Source: Patescibacteria group bacterium
Lineage (GTDB): Bacteria; Patescibacteriota; Microgenomatia; UBA12405
Reading direction: 5' to 3'
Assembly (NCBI GenBank): GCA_050943115.1
Contig: JBMNON010000001.1
Location: 50,023-114,022 of the forward strand
DNA: 64,000 nt
In this document: in pieces, positions 8,695 through 17,966 of the stretch
Layout: every line of letters begins with the position of its first letter
Position numbering within the stretch: the first letter of the stretch is position 1
Program-made: the position numbers and the translations under genes
Notes under the pieces: model-generated
Told to the model about the DNA's origin: nothing
Seen by the model: the letters and a program-made list of their open reading frames with translations, nothing else
Database searches by the model: none

Positions 8695-10116
8695 ATGCCC
8701 CGCCAGCCAGACAAATTGGTCTTCGTTGATATCGAAACTACCGGCACTAATTCATTTCGGGATCGTATCATCGAAATTGCTGCCCTCAGGGTTGAAAACG
8801 GACAGCTAATCGATACCTTTACAACCCTTGTCAATCCTGAATGCCACATTTCTCCTTTCATCGCTCAATTTACCGGCATCTCAGAGAAGGATTTGGAGAC
8901 AGCCCCTACTTTTGCTGAAATTAAAGAAAGACTGGAAGAAATTTTGGAAGGCTGCATCTTTGTCGCCCATAATGCGCGCTTCGATTATTCCTTTGTTAAA
9001 CGCAATTTAAAATTCCTAGGCGCAACTTATACCGCCCCCACTCTATGTACCGTCAAGCTCTCTAGAAACCTCTTCCCCCAGTATCGTAAACATGACTTGG
9101 ACAGTCTTATTGCCCGGTTTAATTTCGAATGCCCTAACCGCCATCGGGCTTATGACGACGCCAAAGTTCTCTTGGATTTTTACAACTATATAACCAAAAA
9201 TATTTCATCAAAGATAAATCATCATGCCTTCAGTCAAATCCTCCAAAAGCCTTCGCTGCCACCACATCTTGATCAAGCCCAAATTGATAGTCTTGACCAA
9301 TCCCCCGGTGTTTACATTTTCTACGATTCAAGAAATAATCCCCTATACGTTGGTAAAAGTAAAAATCTTAAAACCCGCGTTCTCTCCCACTTCCAAAATG
9401 ACGTCAATTCCAACCGGGAACTCGCTTTATCCCAAGCCACTGCTTCCATCAAAACCATTCCTACCGCCGGTGAGCTTGGAGCTCTTCTGCTTGAGTCCCA
9501 ACTGATAAAAGAACTTCAGCCCACCCATAATAGGCTTCTTCGCCACCGCAAAAAAATAGTTCTGGCAAAACAAACAACTGATAACAACGGCTATTATTCT
9601 GTTATCTTAGAGCCGGTTAAACGCATAACTCTGGAAAATACTTCAACGCTTCTCTCAGTCTTCAAAAACCAAAAACAAGCCATCGAATCCCTGCACCAAA
9701 TCGCCAAAAATCATCAACTATGCCCCAAGATCCTAAATCTCGACAAAAACAAAAATGCCTGTTTTAACTACCATTTGGGATTATGTAAAGGTGCCTGCAT
9801 CCAAAAAGAGAAGCCCCTTTTCTACAATATCCGCTTCCTTGAAGCTTTTTCCAAAAGAATCCAACCATGGCCTTTTGACGGTCCTGTTATTATCACCGAT
9901 GTTAATCCTGAAAACGGGATTACCGATAAATTTCTGGTAAATTTTTGGTGCTACTTAGGCAAACTTGAAGCGGAAGAACACACTGTTGATGCCACATGCT
10001 CTCAAAATAATTTTGATTACGACACTTACAAAATCCTCAATCGTTTTATCAACTCAAATTCCAATCAGTCCGCAATTACACCCCTCACTGCCTCTATCAA
10101 TTCATTTGAAGAATAA
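8695..10116 (+). CDS. DnaQ-like 3'-5' exonuclease fused to GIY-YIG nuclease domain (Cho/UvrC N-terminal-like)
   Basis: LVFVDIETTG (Exo I), FVAHNARFDYSF (Exo II), HRAYDDAKVL (Exo III); then GVYIFYDSRNNPLYVGKSKNLKTRVLSHF is GIY-YIG. Start moved to MPRQ (8695). Confidence 0.65.
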   Translation: MPRQPDKLVFVDIETTGTNSFRDRIIEIAALRVENGQLIDTFTTLVNPECHISPFIAQFTGISEKDLETAPTFAEIKERLEEILEGCIFVAHNARFDYSFVKRNLKFLGATYTAPTLCTVKLSRNLFPQYRKHDLDSLIARFNFECPNRHRAYDDAKVLLDFYNYITKNISSKINHHAFSQILQKPSLPPHLDQAQIDSLDQSPGVYIFYDSRNNPLYVGKSKNLKTRVLSHFQNDVNSNRELALSQATASIKTIPTAGELGALLLESQLIKELQPTHNRLLRHRKKIVLAKQTTDNNGYYSVILEPVKRITLENTSTLLSVFKNQKQAIESLHQIAKNHQLCPKILNLDKNKNACFNYHLGLCKGACIQKEKPLFYNIRFLEAFSKRIQPWPFDGPVIITDVNPENGITDKFLVNFWCYLGKLEAEEHTVDATCSQNNFDYDTYKILNRFINSNSNQSAITPLTASINSFEE

Positions 10117-11372
10117 TAGGCATAAAGCTCCTGCTCCCAGCTTTTTGATCTAATGTCAATTACGGGGTCAACACCTTTACCCTCAATCGGCTGTCCGTCT
10201 TCTCTCAAAGTTAAGCTGTGAACCAGGAACATTGAATGTTTTTCATCATCGGCAATCTGCTGTTTTAACGGAAAAACCCTCTCCACGGTTCCCCATCCCT
10301 TGCTCTTTGTCCCCACCAAAACTCCGACGTTATACTTTTTCAGAGTAGCCGCCATTAATTCCGCAGTAGATTGGCTGTTTTCATTTATTAAAATTACCAC
10401 CTTTTTAAATCTCACCATGCTTTCCATCCAGCCTACTTTAGTCTTAAAATCCACCTTTTCTCCTTGGTGAAAAAACTGATAAGCATACTGGTCCATTCCG
10501 ATAAATGGTCCCAAGAAGTATGGCAGCTGATCTATTGCCCCACCGATATTATTCCTTAAATCAAAAATTAGGTTCTCGACCCCCGTTCTGTCACCCAATT
10601 TCCCCATCACCCTGTTCAGCTCCTCAAAAGTCGTTGGAGAAAACTTTGTTAAATGGACATAATAAGTACTGTTATTTACAAGTTTGTAATCCATCGTCGG
10701 TTCAATTCCGGAAATATCATAAACTTTTCTGGCCTCCTCGTCCTTTAGCACCTTATATGCTTCCTGGATTTGTGCAAACTTTTCTGCAGCCTCGGGGTCA
10801 TCATTCGTCTCCGGATCCCATTCGGCCGACTTTTCGTTAAATGCCTTATCAATTGCACTTTGGGATGCTTGTTTATCTACCCCCAAGGCCTCATAGCGAT
10901 CCTGTCCGGATCTATTGGTTACATTGTCGCTTAATTCTTTTTCCTCTTTTTGGGTATAAAGCCTACTCCGGCCGAAAGGTTCCAAATTTGACAAGACCAC
11001 ATCGGCCAAAGTAGCACTAAACTCCTTCCTTTTCTCATCGCTGTCATACTGGTCCAAGATATCCAGCAAAGCCTTATTCCAAGTCACCTTATTTACTTCT
11101 GTTAAATTTAACGGCTGTCCAGTTAACTTCTCGGCCCCTAGGATAAAAAAATTCAAAAGGTCCGGCTCCTCCATCTTATTCCAGTGATTCTCTTTTATCG
11201 TTTGGTAGACCTCGTCCAAAAATAATGCATACTTATTCTGGCTCACGCCTGCAATCTCAGGTTGTACATCGGTAGCTTTATTTTTATTTCCCAAAAAGTA
11301 CCCTGCCGCCCCCCCGATTCCCAAAACCAAAAACATCACCAAAATCAGGGGCAGTAATTTTTTCAAGCGCAT
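10065..11372 (-). CDS. membrane-anchored S41 C-terminal processing peptidase with J-domain-like insert in place of PDZ
   Basis: LIFDLRNNIGGAIDQ, VVILINENSQSTAELMAATL and GVLVGTKSKGWGTV are S41 motifs. N-terminal TM. Residues ~158-222, DRYEALGVDKQASQSAIDKAF...EKFAQIQEAYKVLKDEEARKVYD, resemble a DnaJ J-domain with HPD replaced by DPE. Confidence 0.7.
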   Translation of the reverse strand: MRLKKLLPLILVMFLVLGIGGAAGYFLGNKNKATDVQPEIAGVSQNKYALFLDEVYQTIKENHWNKMEEPDLLNFFILGAEKLTGQPLNLTEVNKVTWNKALLDILDQYDSDEKRKEFSATLADVVLSNLEPFGRSRLYTQKEEKELSDNVTNRSGQDRYEALGVDKQASQSAIDKAFNEKSAEWDPETNDDPEAAEKFAQIQEAYKVLKDEEARKVYDISGIEPTMDYKLVNNSTYYVHLTKFSPTTFEELNRVMGKLGDRTGVENLIFDLRNNIGGAIDQLPYFLGPFIGMDQYAYQFFHQGEKVDFKTKVGWMESMVRFKKVVILINENSQSTAELMAATLKKYNVGVLVGTKSKGWGTVERVFPLKQQIADDEKHSMFLVHSLTLREDGQPIEGKGVDPVIDIRSKSWEQELYAYYSSNELIEAVRGVIAD

Positions 11373-11425
11373 GTCTTAAGATAAGCTATTTTGACTCCCT
11401 TTTCCAGTCTCTGGTAAAACTATAT

Positions 11426-11944
11426 ATGGCTTTATTACTGATACTTATATTCCTCCTTCTTCTTTCTTTCGGCATTTTAGTTTATTTTTTCTATCGTCTC
11501 GTAATTGCTCCCGGTGCCATTTACTATCCCACCCCAACCCATGTGGTTAGAAGCATGCTCAACCTGGCCAAAATCGGCCCTAGCGACACTATTCTCGATC
11601 TTGGTTCCGGCGATGGTCGTATTCTTATCGAAGCCGCCAAGCGCGGTGCCCATGCCATTGGCTATGAAATTGACCCCCTCCTTGTCCGCCAAACCCGAAA
11701 GCTGGTCAAAAATGAGAATCTCTCCCATCTTGTTACCGTTCACAATAAAAATATGTGGCAGGCTGATTTTAATGATGCAACCGTTATTACTCTCTATCTT
11801 TTCCCCAATTTTATGAACCGGCTTCAAAAAAACCTCGAATCCCGTCTCAACCATAAAATCAAATTAGTCTCCCATAACTACCGCTTTCCTAAAAAAAGGG
11901 AAATAAGCAGTAAGGACAATATATATCTCTATTCTTTCCCCTAA
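11426..11944 (+). CDS. class I SAM-dependent methyltransferase with N-terminal TM helix
   Basis: TILDLGSGDGRILIEAAKRGAHAIGYEID is SAM-binding motif I; N-terminal MALLLILIFLLLLSFGILVYFF. Confidence 0.6.
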   Translation: MALLLILIFLLLLSFGILVYFFYRLVIAPGAIYYPTPTHVVRSMLNLAKIGPSDTILDLGSGDGRILIEAAKRGAHAIGYEIDPLLVRQTRKLVKNENLSHLVTVHNKNMWQADFNDATVITLYLFPNFMNRLQKNLESRLNHKIKLVSHNYRFPKKREISSKDNIYLYSFP

Positions 11945-11963
11945 TCCAGCGTATAATTACCCT

Positions 11964-12830
11964 GTGATTAACCAGCTCCGCTACCTTGTTTCCGCCTGCA
12001 AGCAACTCAGCATAAGCTATTCTTTTATCGACAACCATCAAAATCTCATTAAGATAAATACCCTGCCCAATGCCACTTATTTTATCAACTACACCACCCC
12101 GTTAAATACCTCCGATGTCGTTCGTATTTGTTCAGACAAAGACTTTACCATCCAACTCTTAAAATCCGTTATTCTTACCCCCAAAACTAAAAGCTATCTT
12201 GATCCTTCCTGCCCCGAAAAATACCGGCATTACCTAAAGCACCGAACTCCCGAAGAGATATGCAATGATATATTACTTAACTTCAGTCTACCCCTGATTC
12301 TAAAAAAAAATTCCGGCTCCCAAGGATCAAACGTTTTTCTTTGTCACACCCGAAAAGAAATCAAATCAGCCGCCAAAACTATCTTTGACCAAAAATCAAA
12401 GGAATATGACTATATCTTATTGGCTCAGGAATATATTCACCCCAAGACAGAGTACCGGGTGGTTGTCTGCCGGCAGCAAATTACCTTTGCCTACCAAAAA
12501 GATATCTCCCAAGCCTTGTTTACAGGTAATTTGAGCCCCCTCCACTGGCACAACGCCAAGGCCTTACTCTGCTCCGACACCAAACTTCTAACAAAATTCC
12601 AAAATTTTCTCTCCCCGATTTATTCTCTTCTGCCGTTATCTTTTGGTGGTATCGACATAATCGAAGATCAAAACAATAACCTTTGGCTTATCGAAATTAA
12701 TACCAACCCCGGTTTCGATTACTTCCTCCGCGATAACAGTCCCAAACCCCTTATCGACACCTATAAACGTATTCTCTCCGGCCTTATTCCTACAACTCAC
12801 ACCAAAGATCTTCAGTGTAAATCAAAGTAA
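11964..12830 (+). CDS. ATP-grasp ligase (RimK/GshB-like)
   Basis: LILKKNSGSQGSNVFLC, LAQEYI, EYRVVVC, FGGIDIIEDQNNNLWLIEINTNPGF follow the ATP-grasp motif order. Confidence 0.55.
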   Translation: MINQLRYLVSACKQLSISYSFIDNHQNLIKINTLPNATYFINYTTPLNTSDVVRICSDKDFTIQLLKSVILTPKTKSYLDPSCPEKYRHYLKHRTPEEICNDILLNFSLPLILKKNSGSQGSNVFLCHTRKEIKSAAKTIFDQKSKEYDYILLAQEYIHPKTEYRVVVCRQQITFAYQKDISQALFTGNLSPLHWHNAKALLCSDTKLLTKFQNFLSPIYSLLPLSFGGIDIIEDQNNNLWLIEINTNPGFDYFLRDNSPKPLIDTYKRILSGLIPTTHTKDLQCKSK

Positions 12831-13924
12831 TATTCTATTTCTTCATTCCCAAAGCCAACCAGTTCAGGCTCATTTACTAATATCACCCCTAGTTTTTTAT
12901 AAACCTCCCTTCTTATAGCACGAAATAATTCCATCACGTCGTCTGCCGTTGCTCTGCCGTTATTTATTAATACCAAAGGCTGGTTTGGGTTAACATACAC
13001 CCCTTTTGCCTTCATGTTTTTTATGCCGCATATATCTAGGAGGGCTGCCGTTGGCACCTTAATGGATCCGGCCTCTACCCTTGTTAAATTTTCAACTTTT
13101 TTTGCCTCTTTCTCTCCGTATACCGTCTTCACCCTTTTGATTAACTTTCGAAACTCTTCCCTGCTCATTACCTGGTTTTTGAAAAAAGAACCCACACTGC
13201 CGCCTTTGGCTGCTAGGGGGAAAGGATACTTTTTGTCCCTAATCTCAATAATTGCCTGCCTGATGTCCTTTATATTGGGTTCCTGTATACCCTTTTTGGC
13301 AAAATACCCCCCCACATCCTTATAGCTTAAATTAGCCTTACCCTGCTTGTTTAACTTAATTGTTAATCCGACTATCACCATTTGCCCTCTCATTTCCTTA
13401 TTAAAAACACTCTCCCTGTATCCAAACCGGCATTCCTTTTTGCTTAATTCTAAAATTCTTTCCCGCTTCTTATGCCACACTTCCACACTTATCATCACAT
13501 CACTCACCTGCTGTCCGTAAGCACCGACATTTTGGACTGCCACCGCCCCGCAACTACCCGGAATATGGGATAAATTTTCAATTCCCCACCAGCCCCTCCC
13601 TACGGCCATTTTTACTACATCATCCCAAACCTCACCTGATTCCAACCTCAACCATACGCTTTTGTTATCTTCCTTAATTATTTTTATTCCCCGGTTAACC
13701 ATTCGTACAACCAACCCGCCAAACCCCCTTTCGGCAATTATCATATTACTTCCGCCGCCGAAAACCAATACCGGCAGATTTCTATTCCTGGCAAATTCCA
13801 ACACTTTACCTAAATCCTGACTCCGCTTCACCTCGGCAAAATATTTTGCCCTACCCCCCACTCTAAAAGTCGTTAAATTTTTCAGTAAATAATCTTTTTT
13901 AATTTCTACAGCTCTCACCTGCAT
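12812..13924 (-). CDS. murB: UDP-N-acetylenolpyruvoylglucosamine reductase (long form)
   Basis: LKNLTTFRVGGRAKYF and LPVLVFGGGSNMII form the FAD-binding domain. The C-terminal substrate domain includes KGGSVGSFFKN. Confidence 0.8.
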   Translation of the reverse strand: MQVRAVEIKKDYLLKNLTTFRVGGRAKYFAEVKRSQDLGKVLEFARNRNLPVLVFGGGSNMIIAERGFGGLVVRMVNRGIKIIKEDNKSVWLRLESGEVWDDVVKMAVGRGWWGIENLSHIPGSCGAVAVQNVGAYGQQVSDVMISVEVWHKKRERILELSKKECRFGYRESVFNKEMRGQMVIVGLTIKLNKQGKANLSYKDVGGYFAKKGIQEPNIKDIRQAIIEIRDKKYPFPLAAKGGSVGSFFKNQVMSREEFRKLIKRVKTVYGEKEAKKVENLTRVEAGSIKVPTAALLDICGIKNMKAKGVYVNPNQPLVLINNGRATADDVMELFRAIRREVYKKLGVILVNEPELVGFGNEEIEYYFDLH

Positions 13925-14025
13925 ACTTCATTTTATATACAAAATCATCCAAAACCCAGAGTCCTTCTTACTCCCTTCCCACTGTTTTCTTATTATTACC
14001 AGTAATTTGAGATATAAACTAAATC

Positions 14026-14604
14026 ATGAGTAGAACTACCGCCATTATCATCCTAGTACTCTTCTTCGCTCTGGCATTATTGTTTGGATTTGGCAATCGC
14101 CTTTCAGAGAACAGCAACAATCTCGCCTCACCCACAACAACACCCAGTCTCCAAACCACCGTCACCCCTTCACCTACAACCCGGCAAACCATTAATGTTT
14201 ATCTGGTCAGACTCGGTGGTAACGAAGATGATATCAACAATCCTGAGTCTTTTGGATGTGGTGACTTTTTGATACCAATTGAACGGCAAATCGAACCAAC
14301 TCAGGCAGTTTTAGAGGCTGCCTTCAACGAACTCCTCTCTCTCAAAGAACAGTTTGTAAACCGAAATGATTCCCGCCTCTACAACGCCCTCTACCAATCC
14401 AGTCTCAATTTTGACCGCGCGACGGTTGATAATGGTCTGGCTACTGTTTATTTAACGGGAACCCTAGCCTCTGGCGGTACTTGTGACGATCCCCGGATTG
14501 AAGAGCAGCTCACCGCTACCGCCCTCCAATTTAGTACCGTTAATGAAACTCGAATCTTCATAAATGACGAATCTATTGAAAATGTTCTGTCCCAAAGAAA
14601 TTAA
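14026..14604 (+). CDS. secreted hypothetical protein, possibly GerMN-like domain
   Basis: N-terminal TM/signal, Thr/Pro-rich linker, then a globular domain; the family call is weak. Confidence 0.35.
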   Translation: MSRTTAIIILVLFFALALLFGFGNRLSENSNNLASPTTTPSLQTTVTPSPTTRQTINVYLVRLGGNEDDINNPESFGCGDFLIPIERQIEPTQAVLEAAFNELLSLKEQFVNRNDSRLYNALYQSSLNFDRATVDNGLATVYLTGTLASGGTCDDPRIEEQLTATALQFSTVNETRIFINDESIENVLSQRN

Positions 14605-14629
14605 CCCCCAATCTTTCTTAACTTTTTTG

Positions 14630-14701
14630 CAGGCCCATCAGGATTCGAACCTGAAATAGCAGTTTTGGAGACTGCGGTGATAGCCATTTCACTATGGGCC
14701 T
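14630..14701 (-). tRNA. tRNA-Trp (anticodon CCA)
   Basis: Reverse complement folds as a cloverleaf: acceptor AGGCCCA/TGGGCCT, U8, D-stem GTGA/TCAC, anticodon stem GCAGT/ACTGC with loop CTCCAAA, T-arm TCAGG-TTCGAAT-CCTGA, discriminator G73. CCA is not encoded. Confidence 0.8.
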
Positions 14702-14728
14702 TAATAAAACATCAATATTATATCAATT

Positions 14729-15046
14729 TTACCTGTTGCTACCTTGACGTAAAAAATCACTAATCACACCGTCCACATTAGCCAACGCCTCGATTGACAA
14801 TAAACCACCGGCACTCACCGCTACCAAATTGACCCTATCGCCTCCGCCATAAAATTTGTCAATTACATCCATAAACCTTTTCTCCATTTCGACAAAACCC
14901 ACTTCCTTCCCGCTCCAATCAGGCCTAGCAATCTTTACATTCCAGCCCAATTGTGAAAACAATGCCGCTGGCACCTGGTAAACATTTTGAGCCCACTTCT
15001 GGCTCACGCCTGGTACCAAAACTAACTTTTCCGATTCTAGTTTCAT
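14729..15046 (-). CDS. hypothetical small protein (possible truncated alpha/beta-hydrolase fragment)
   Basis: The ORF tabled as 14729..15115 overlaps tRNA-Ala at its 5' end, so it is trimmed to MKLESEK. Contains AVSAGG (nucleophile-elbow-like) but is too short for a full hydrolase. Confidence 0.25.
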   Translation of the reverse strand: MKLESEKLVLVPGVSQKWAQNVYQVPAALFSQLGWNVKIARPDWSGKEVGFVEMEKRFMDVIDKFYGGGDRVNLVAVSAGGLLSIEALANVDGVISDFLRQGSNR

Positions 15047-15056
15047 AAAAATTTTG

Positions 15057-15130
15057 TGGACCTGGGGGGACTTGAACCCCCGACCTTCCCCATGCCATGG
15101 GGACGCGCTAGCCAACTACGCTACAGGCCC
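15057..15130 (-). tRNA. tRNA-Ala (anticodon GGC)
   Basis: Reverse complement GGGCCTG...CAGGTCCA with G3:U70 Ala identity pair, anticodon stem TCCCC/GGGGA with loop ATGGCAT, T-arm GGTCGGGGGTTCAAGTCCCCC. Confidence 0.85.
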
Positions 15131-15185
15131 TAAAAATTACTCCATATTCTATCAGACTTTACTCTGATTTAAAACAAAATTTTTT

Positions 15186-15431
15186 TTACAAATCTTGTCC
15201 GCTCACTCTTGGCACTTCTCTTCTTACGCCGTCAATATCAAGCAACTGCTCTGCCCAAGTTTTTGGGACAATACAATTTTCCATAAAACCCAAACCCATT
15301 TCTTCTGTCTTAAGTAAAATCCCATCCTGATTAAATACCAACATATCTACCCTGTCACTTCTCCTGATGCACTGTCTTCCTTCGCATGAACAACTACTAA
15401 CCCTAATACATTCCCTGCTTAGACTCGCCAT
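15186..15431 (-). CDS. hypothetical small Cys-containing protein
   Basis: ORF only; no recognised motif. Confidence 0.2.
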   Translation of the reverse strand: MASLSRECIRVSSCSCEGRQCIRRSDRVDMLVFNQDGILLKTEEMGLGFMENCIVPKTWAEQLLDIDGVRREVPRVSGQDL

Positions 15432-15488
15432 ATTTTAAAATTAAACAATAACTAAGCAAATTTTCCTCCAATAACAATAAATTATCAA

Positions 15489-16040
15489 CTACTTTTTTAC
15501 TTCGTCCAAATTTACTGGCTCCAAGGTCCTCAGTAAGTGCCATGAGTATACCCCAGGGTCTTTATCCTCCTCCCATGATTTAAGCTCCCTCACTCTGTGC
15601 ACCACCCTCGCCCAAACTTCATTTTCCACTCGACCATTCATCTTTTTATTTTCATATATTCCAATACCGTTAATCACCACCAACCCCTTAACCGGACTTG
15701 TTTCTCTCACCACTCCCCGGAGATCATCTGTTGGCCCCTGAACGCCCTTCCCGTTTGCCAAAGCTATTTCATTGTCAAACAACCCTCCTTCCAAACCATG
15801 CCGCAGGTCCTCTACTACCCGGCTGTTTCCCGCATACCTCTCCATATTCTGTTCATACCACTCCCTCTGGTATCTCCCTTCTCTTTCACTCTTTAGTTTA
15901 GCGGAATACTCAATAATCTTTTCGGCATCAGATCTGCTTTGGCCATCCATTAATTCAGATAATTTTCCCAATCCGGTAACCGCTGCTACCGCACCGGCTG
16001 TTCCTATAGCCACATCTCTTAAAAAATGCCTTCTTGTCAT
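15489..16040 (-). CDS. Tat-signal secreted hypothetical protein
   Basis: Start set at MTRRHFLRDVAIGTAGAVAA (twin-arginine motif), preceded by an AAGGTGAG SD. Confidence 0.45.
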   Translation of the reverse strand: MTRRHFLRDVAIGTAGAVAAVTGLGKLSELMDGQSRSDAEKIIEYSAKLKSEREGRYQREWYEQNMERYAGNSRVVEDLRHGLEGGLFDNEIALANGKGVQGPTDDLRGVVRETSPVKGLVVINGIGIYENKKMNGRVENEVWARVVHRVRELKSWEEDKDPGVYSWHLLRTLEPVNLDEVKK

Positions 16041-16120
16041 CTCACCTTTCTCGCCCATATTATTTAAATTAACTTATATTAAAACTATTATAGGAACTCC
16101 CCCTCTTTACTTCAAGCTTC

Positions 16121-16420
16121 CTATTTAATTTCAACGACACTCCGCCTTGGCATGTTTCTCACCACCGGCAATTCTAACTGAAAGTACTGTTCTTGACGCA
16201 TCTCCACCCCTACCATAGCCAAAGGAATATATCGGGAATCCAAACCTTGTGCATCTGCGTCTTTAACCAAGCTCTCAAGCAAAGACCTTACTCTTCTTGG
16301 AATATTTTCCTTATCCCTATATGGGCTGGTTGCTCTTTTAATTAAGTTATAAGTAACCGTTTTCATATTTAGCTCACATCTTTGGGCAATTACCATTCTA
16401 GCTCTTTCTAAGTCATTCAT
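16121..16420 (-). CDS. hypothetical protein
   Basis: ORF only. Confidence 0.3.
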   Translation of the reverse strand: MNDLERARMVIAQRCELNMKTVTYNLIKRATSPYRDKENIPRRVRSLLESLVKDADAQGLDSRYIPLAMVGVEMRQEQYFQLELPVVRNMPRRSVVEIK

Positions 16421-16557
16421 TTTTTTTGCAACCTATAATTTTATATAATTATCAGTCAACTCTTCTCCAAAAGCAACCGTCTTCCGAAACGAAACCGTTT
16501 CCCTGCATTCCTCTAATTTGCTAAACTAAAGGAATCCACGTTAACAGTTATTTTTAT

Positions 16558-17442
16558 ATGCCAATCACCAAAGCTATCATCGCCGCCGCCGGCCGCGGTA
16601 CTCGCTTTTTACCTGTTGTTAAAGCCTACCCCAAAGAACTTATCCCTCTTCTTTCCAAACCGAATATCCAACTATTAATCGAAGAAGCCATCGGCGCCGG
16701 AATTACTGACATTATGATCGTCCAACGTCAGGGTGAAACTGCCATAGAACGCTATTTCACTCCCGACGTGAAGCTCGAAAAATACCTCTCGGAAACCAAC
16801 AAAACCCCTTATTTGGATAGTCTTAAACGAATCTGGTCCCAAGCAAAAATCCACTTCACTTTTCAATCCTCCGACCTACCTTATGGCAATGCCTCACCCC
16901 TTCTGGCTTCCCGCGAATTTATCGGCCAGGAATCCTTTGTCTACATGTTTGGCGATGATTTAACCGTTGAACCCACACCCGGCCAATATCTAAAAGAACT
17001 TATCAACACCTACGATAAATATCAGCCTGCTGTTTTGCTCGGTGGCCAATACGTTCCTTGGGAAGAAATCAACCGTTACGGCTCTATGAAATTTATAGAA
17101 GACAAAAAATACCCTCAGCGTGTTACTGCCGTTTTGGAGAAAATGGAACCCAACCAAGCTCCCAGCAATTTTGCCCAGGGCGGCCGCTTCGTGGTTTCCG
17201 GCGCCAAAATATTCCCCGTTTTGGACAAACAAAGGTTGTCCCGGGATAACGAACTTTGGTTTGCCGATGCCAACAATACTTTAGCCCAAACTGATGTGGT
17301 TATGGCACAGGAAATCAAAGATGGTACCTGGTTAACTACCGGAGACCCCCTGCGTTGGCTGAAAGCCAATATCGCTCTGGCCCTACAGGATCCCGATATC
17401 GGCCCCAGCATCAAAGATTACCTGAAAAGCCTCCATATCTAA
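16558..17442 (+). CDS. galU: UTP--glucose-1-phosphate uridylyltransferase
   Basis: KAIIAAAGRGTRFLPVVKAYPKELIPLLSKPNIQLLIEEAIGAGITDI matches the GalU N-terminal signature. Confidence 0.8.
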   Translation: MPITKAIIAAAGRGTRFLPVVKAYPKELIPLLSKPNIQLLIEEAIGAGITDIMIVQRQGETAIERYFTPDVKLEKYLSETNKTPYLDSLKRIWSQAKIHFTFQSSDLPYGNASPLLASREFIGQESFVYMFGDDLTVEPTPGQYLKELINTYDKYQPAVLLGGQYVPWEEINRYGSMKFIEDKKYPQRVTAVLEKMEPNQAPSNFAQGGRFVVSGAKIFPVLDKQRLSRDNELWFADANNTLAQTDVVMAQEIKDGTWLTTGDPLRWLKANIALALQDPDIGPSIKDYLKSLHI

Positions 17443-17660
17443 CCATTATTATTACCGGCTTCTTAATATTCCTCAAAGTTTATTCTCTATTGACTTCCTA
17501 TTAACTGTACTTACACACTTCATACACATCCATAATAACCTATAGTTAGGTTGTTATTTATCGTGTCTTGTATGGTCCATGATAACTTTTTCTCATCCTT
17601 AAGGTAATAAATTACACTTAATTATTGATATTTGTCTAATAGTAACTTATAATATTTCTT

Positions 17661-17921
17661 ATGGATTTTAGGAAATATTCTTCTCTAATCCTAATATTGC
17701 TTGTCCTCTCGGCCATCAGCTTTTATGCTTTTGTCCAGATAGACCGCTATTTATCCCTCAAAGAGCAAAGCCTAAAAAATGACGCTGTCATTAACTGTCT
17801 TCGTTTTAGCGGTCAAAACAATCTTCTTAACAAGGAAGGCCAGATTACCGTTTCTTACCCTCTAAAAGAAATTTACACCTACTGTCTTAATGATCAGGGT
17901 TATTCTACTAACTGGAAATAA
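17661..17921 (+). CDS. hypothetical small membrane protein
   Basis: ORF with one TM helix. Confidence 0.3.
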   Translation: MDFRKYSSLILILLVLSAISFYAFVQIDRYLSLKEQSLKNDAVINCLRFSGQNNLLNKEGQITVSYPLKEIYTYCLNDQGYSTNWK

Positions 17922-17937
17922 GATTAGTATCCTATAA

Positions 17938-17966
17938 CTTGACATTATTACACATTTATTATATAA
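17938..17966 (+). promoter_or_regulatory. consensus sigma70-like promoter TTGACA-N17-TATAAT driving GC-rich cassette A
   Basis: TTGACA at 17938-17943, a 17-nt spacer, TATAAT at 17961-17966. Preceded by the recurrent TATCCTATAAC motif. Confidence 0.5.

Noticed and set aside
14729-15115. Full-length 128-aa ORF as listed
   Set aside because: Its first 23 codons overlap tRNA-Ala (15057..15130) on the same strand. It was trimmed to the internal Met at 15046, and even then the product is of doubtful function.
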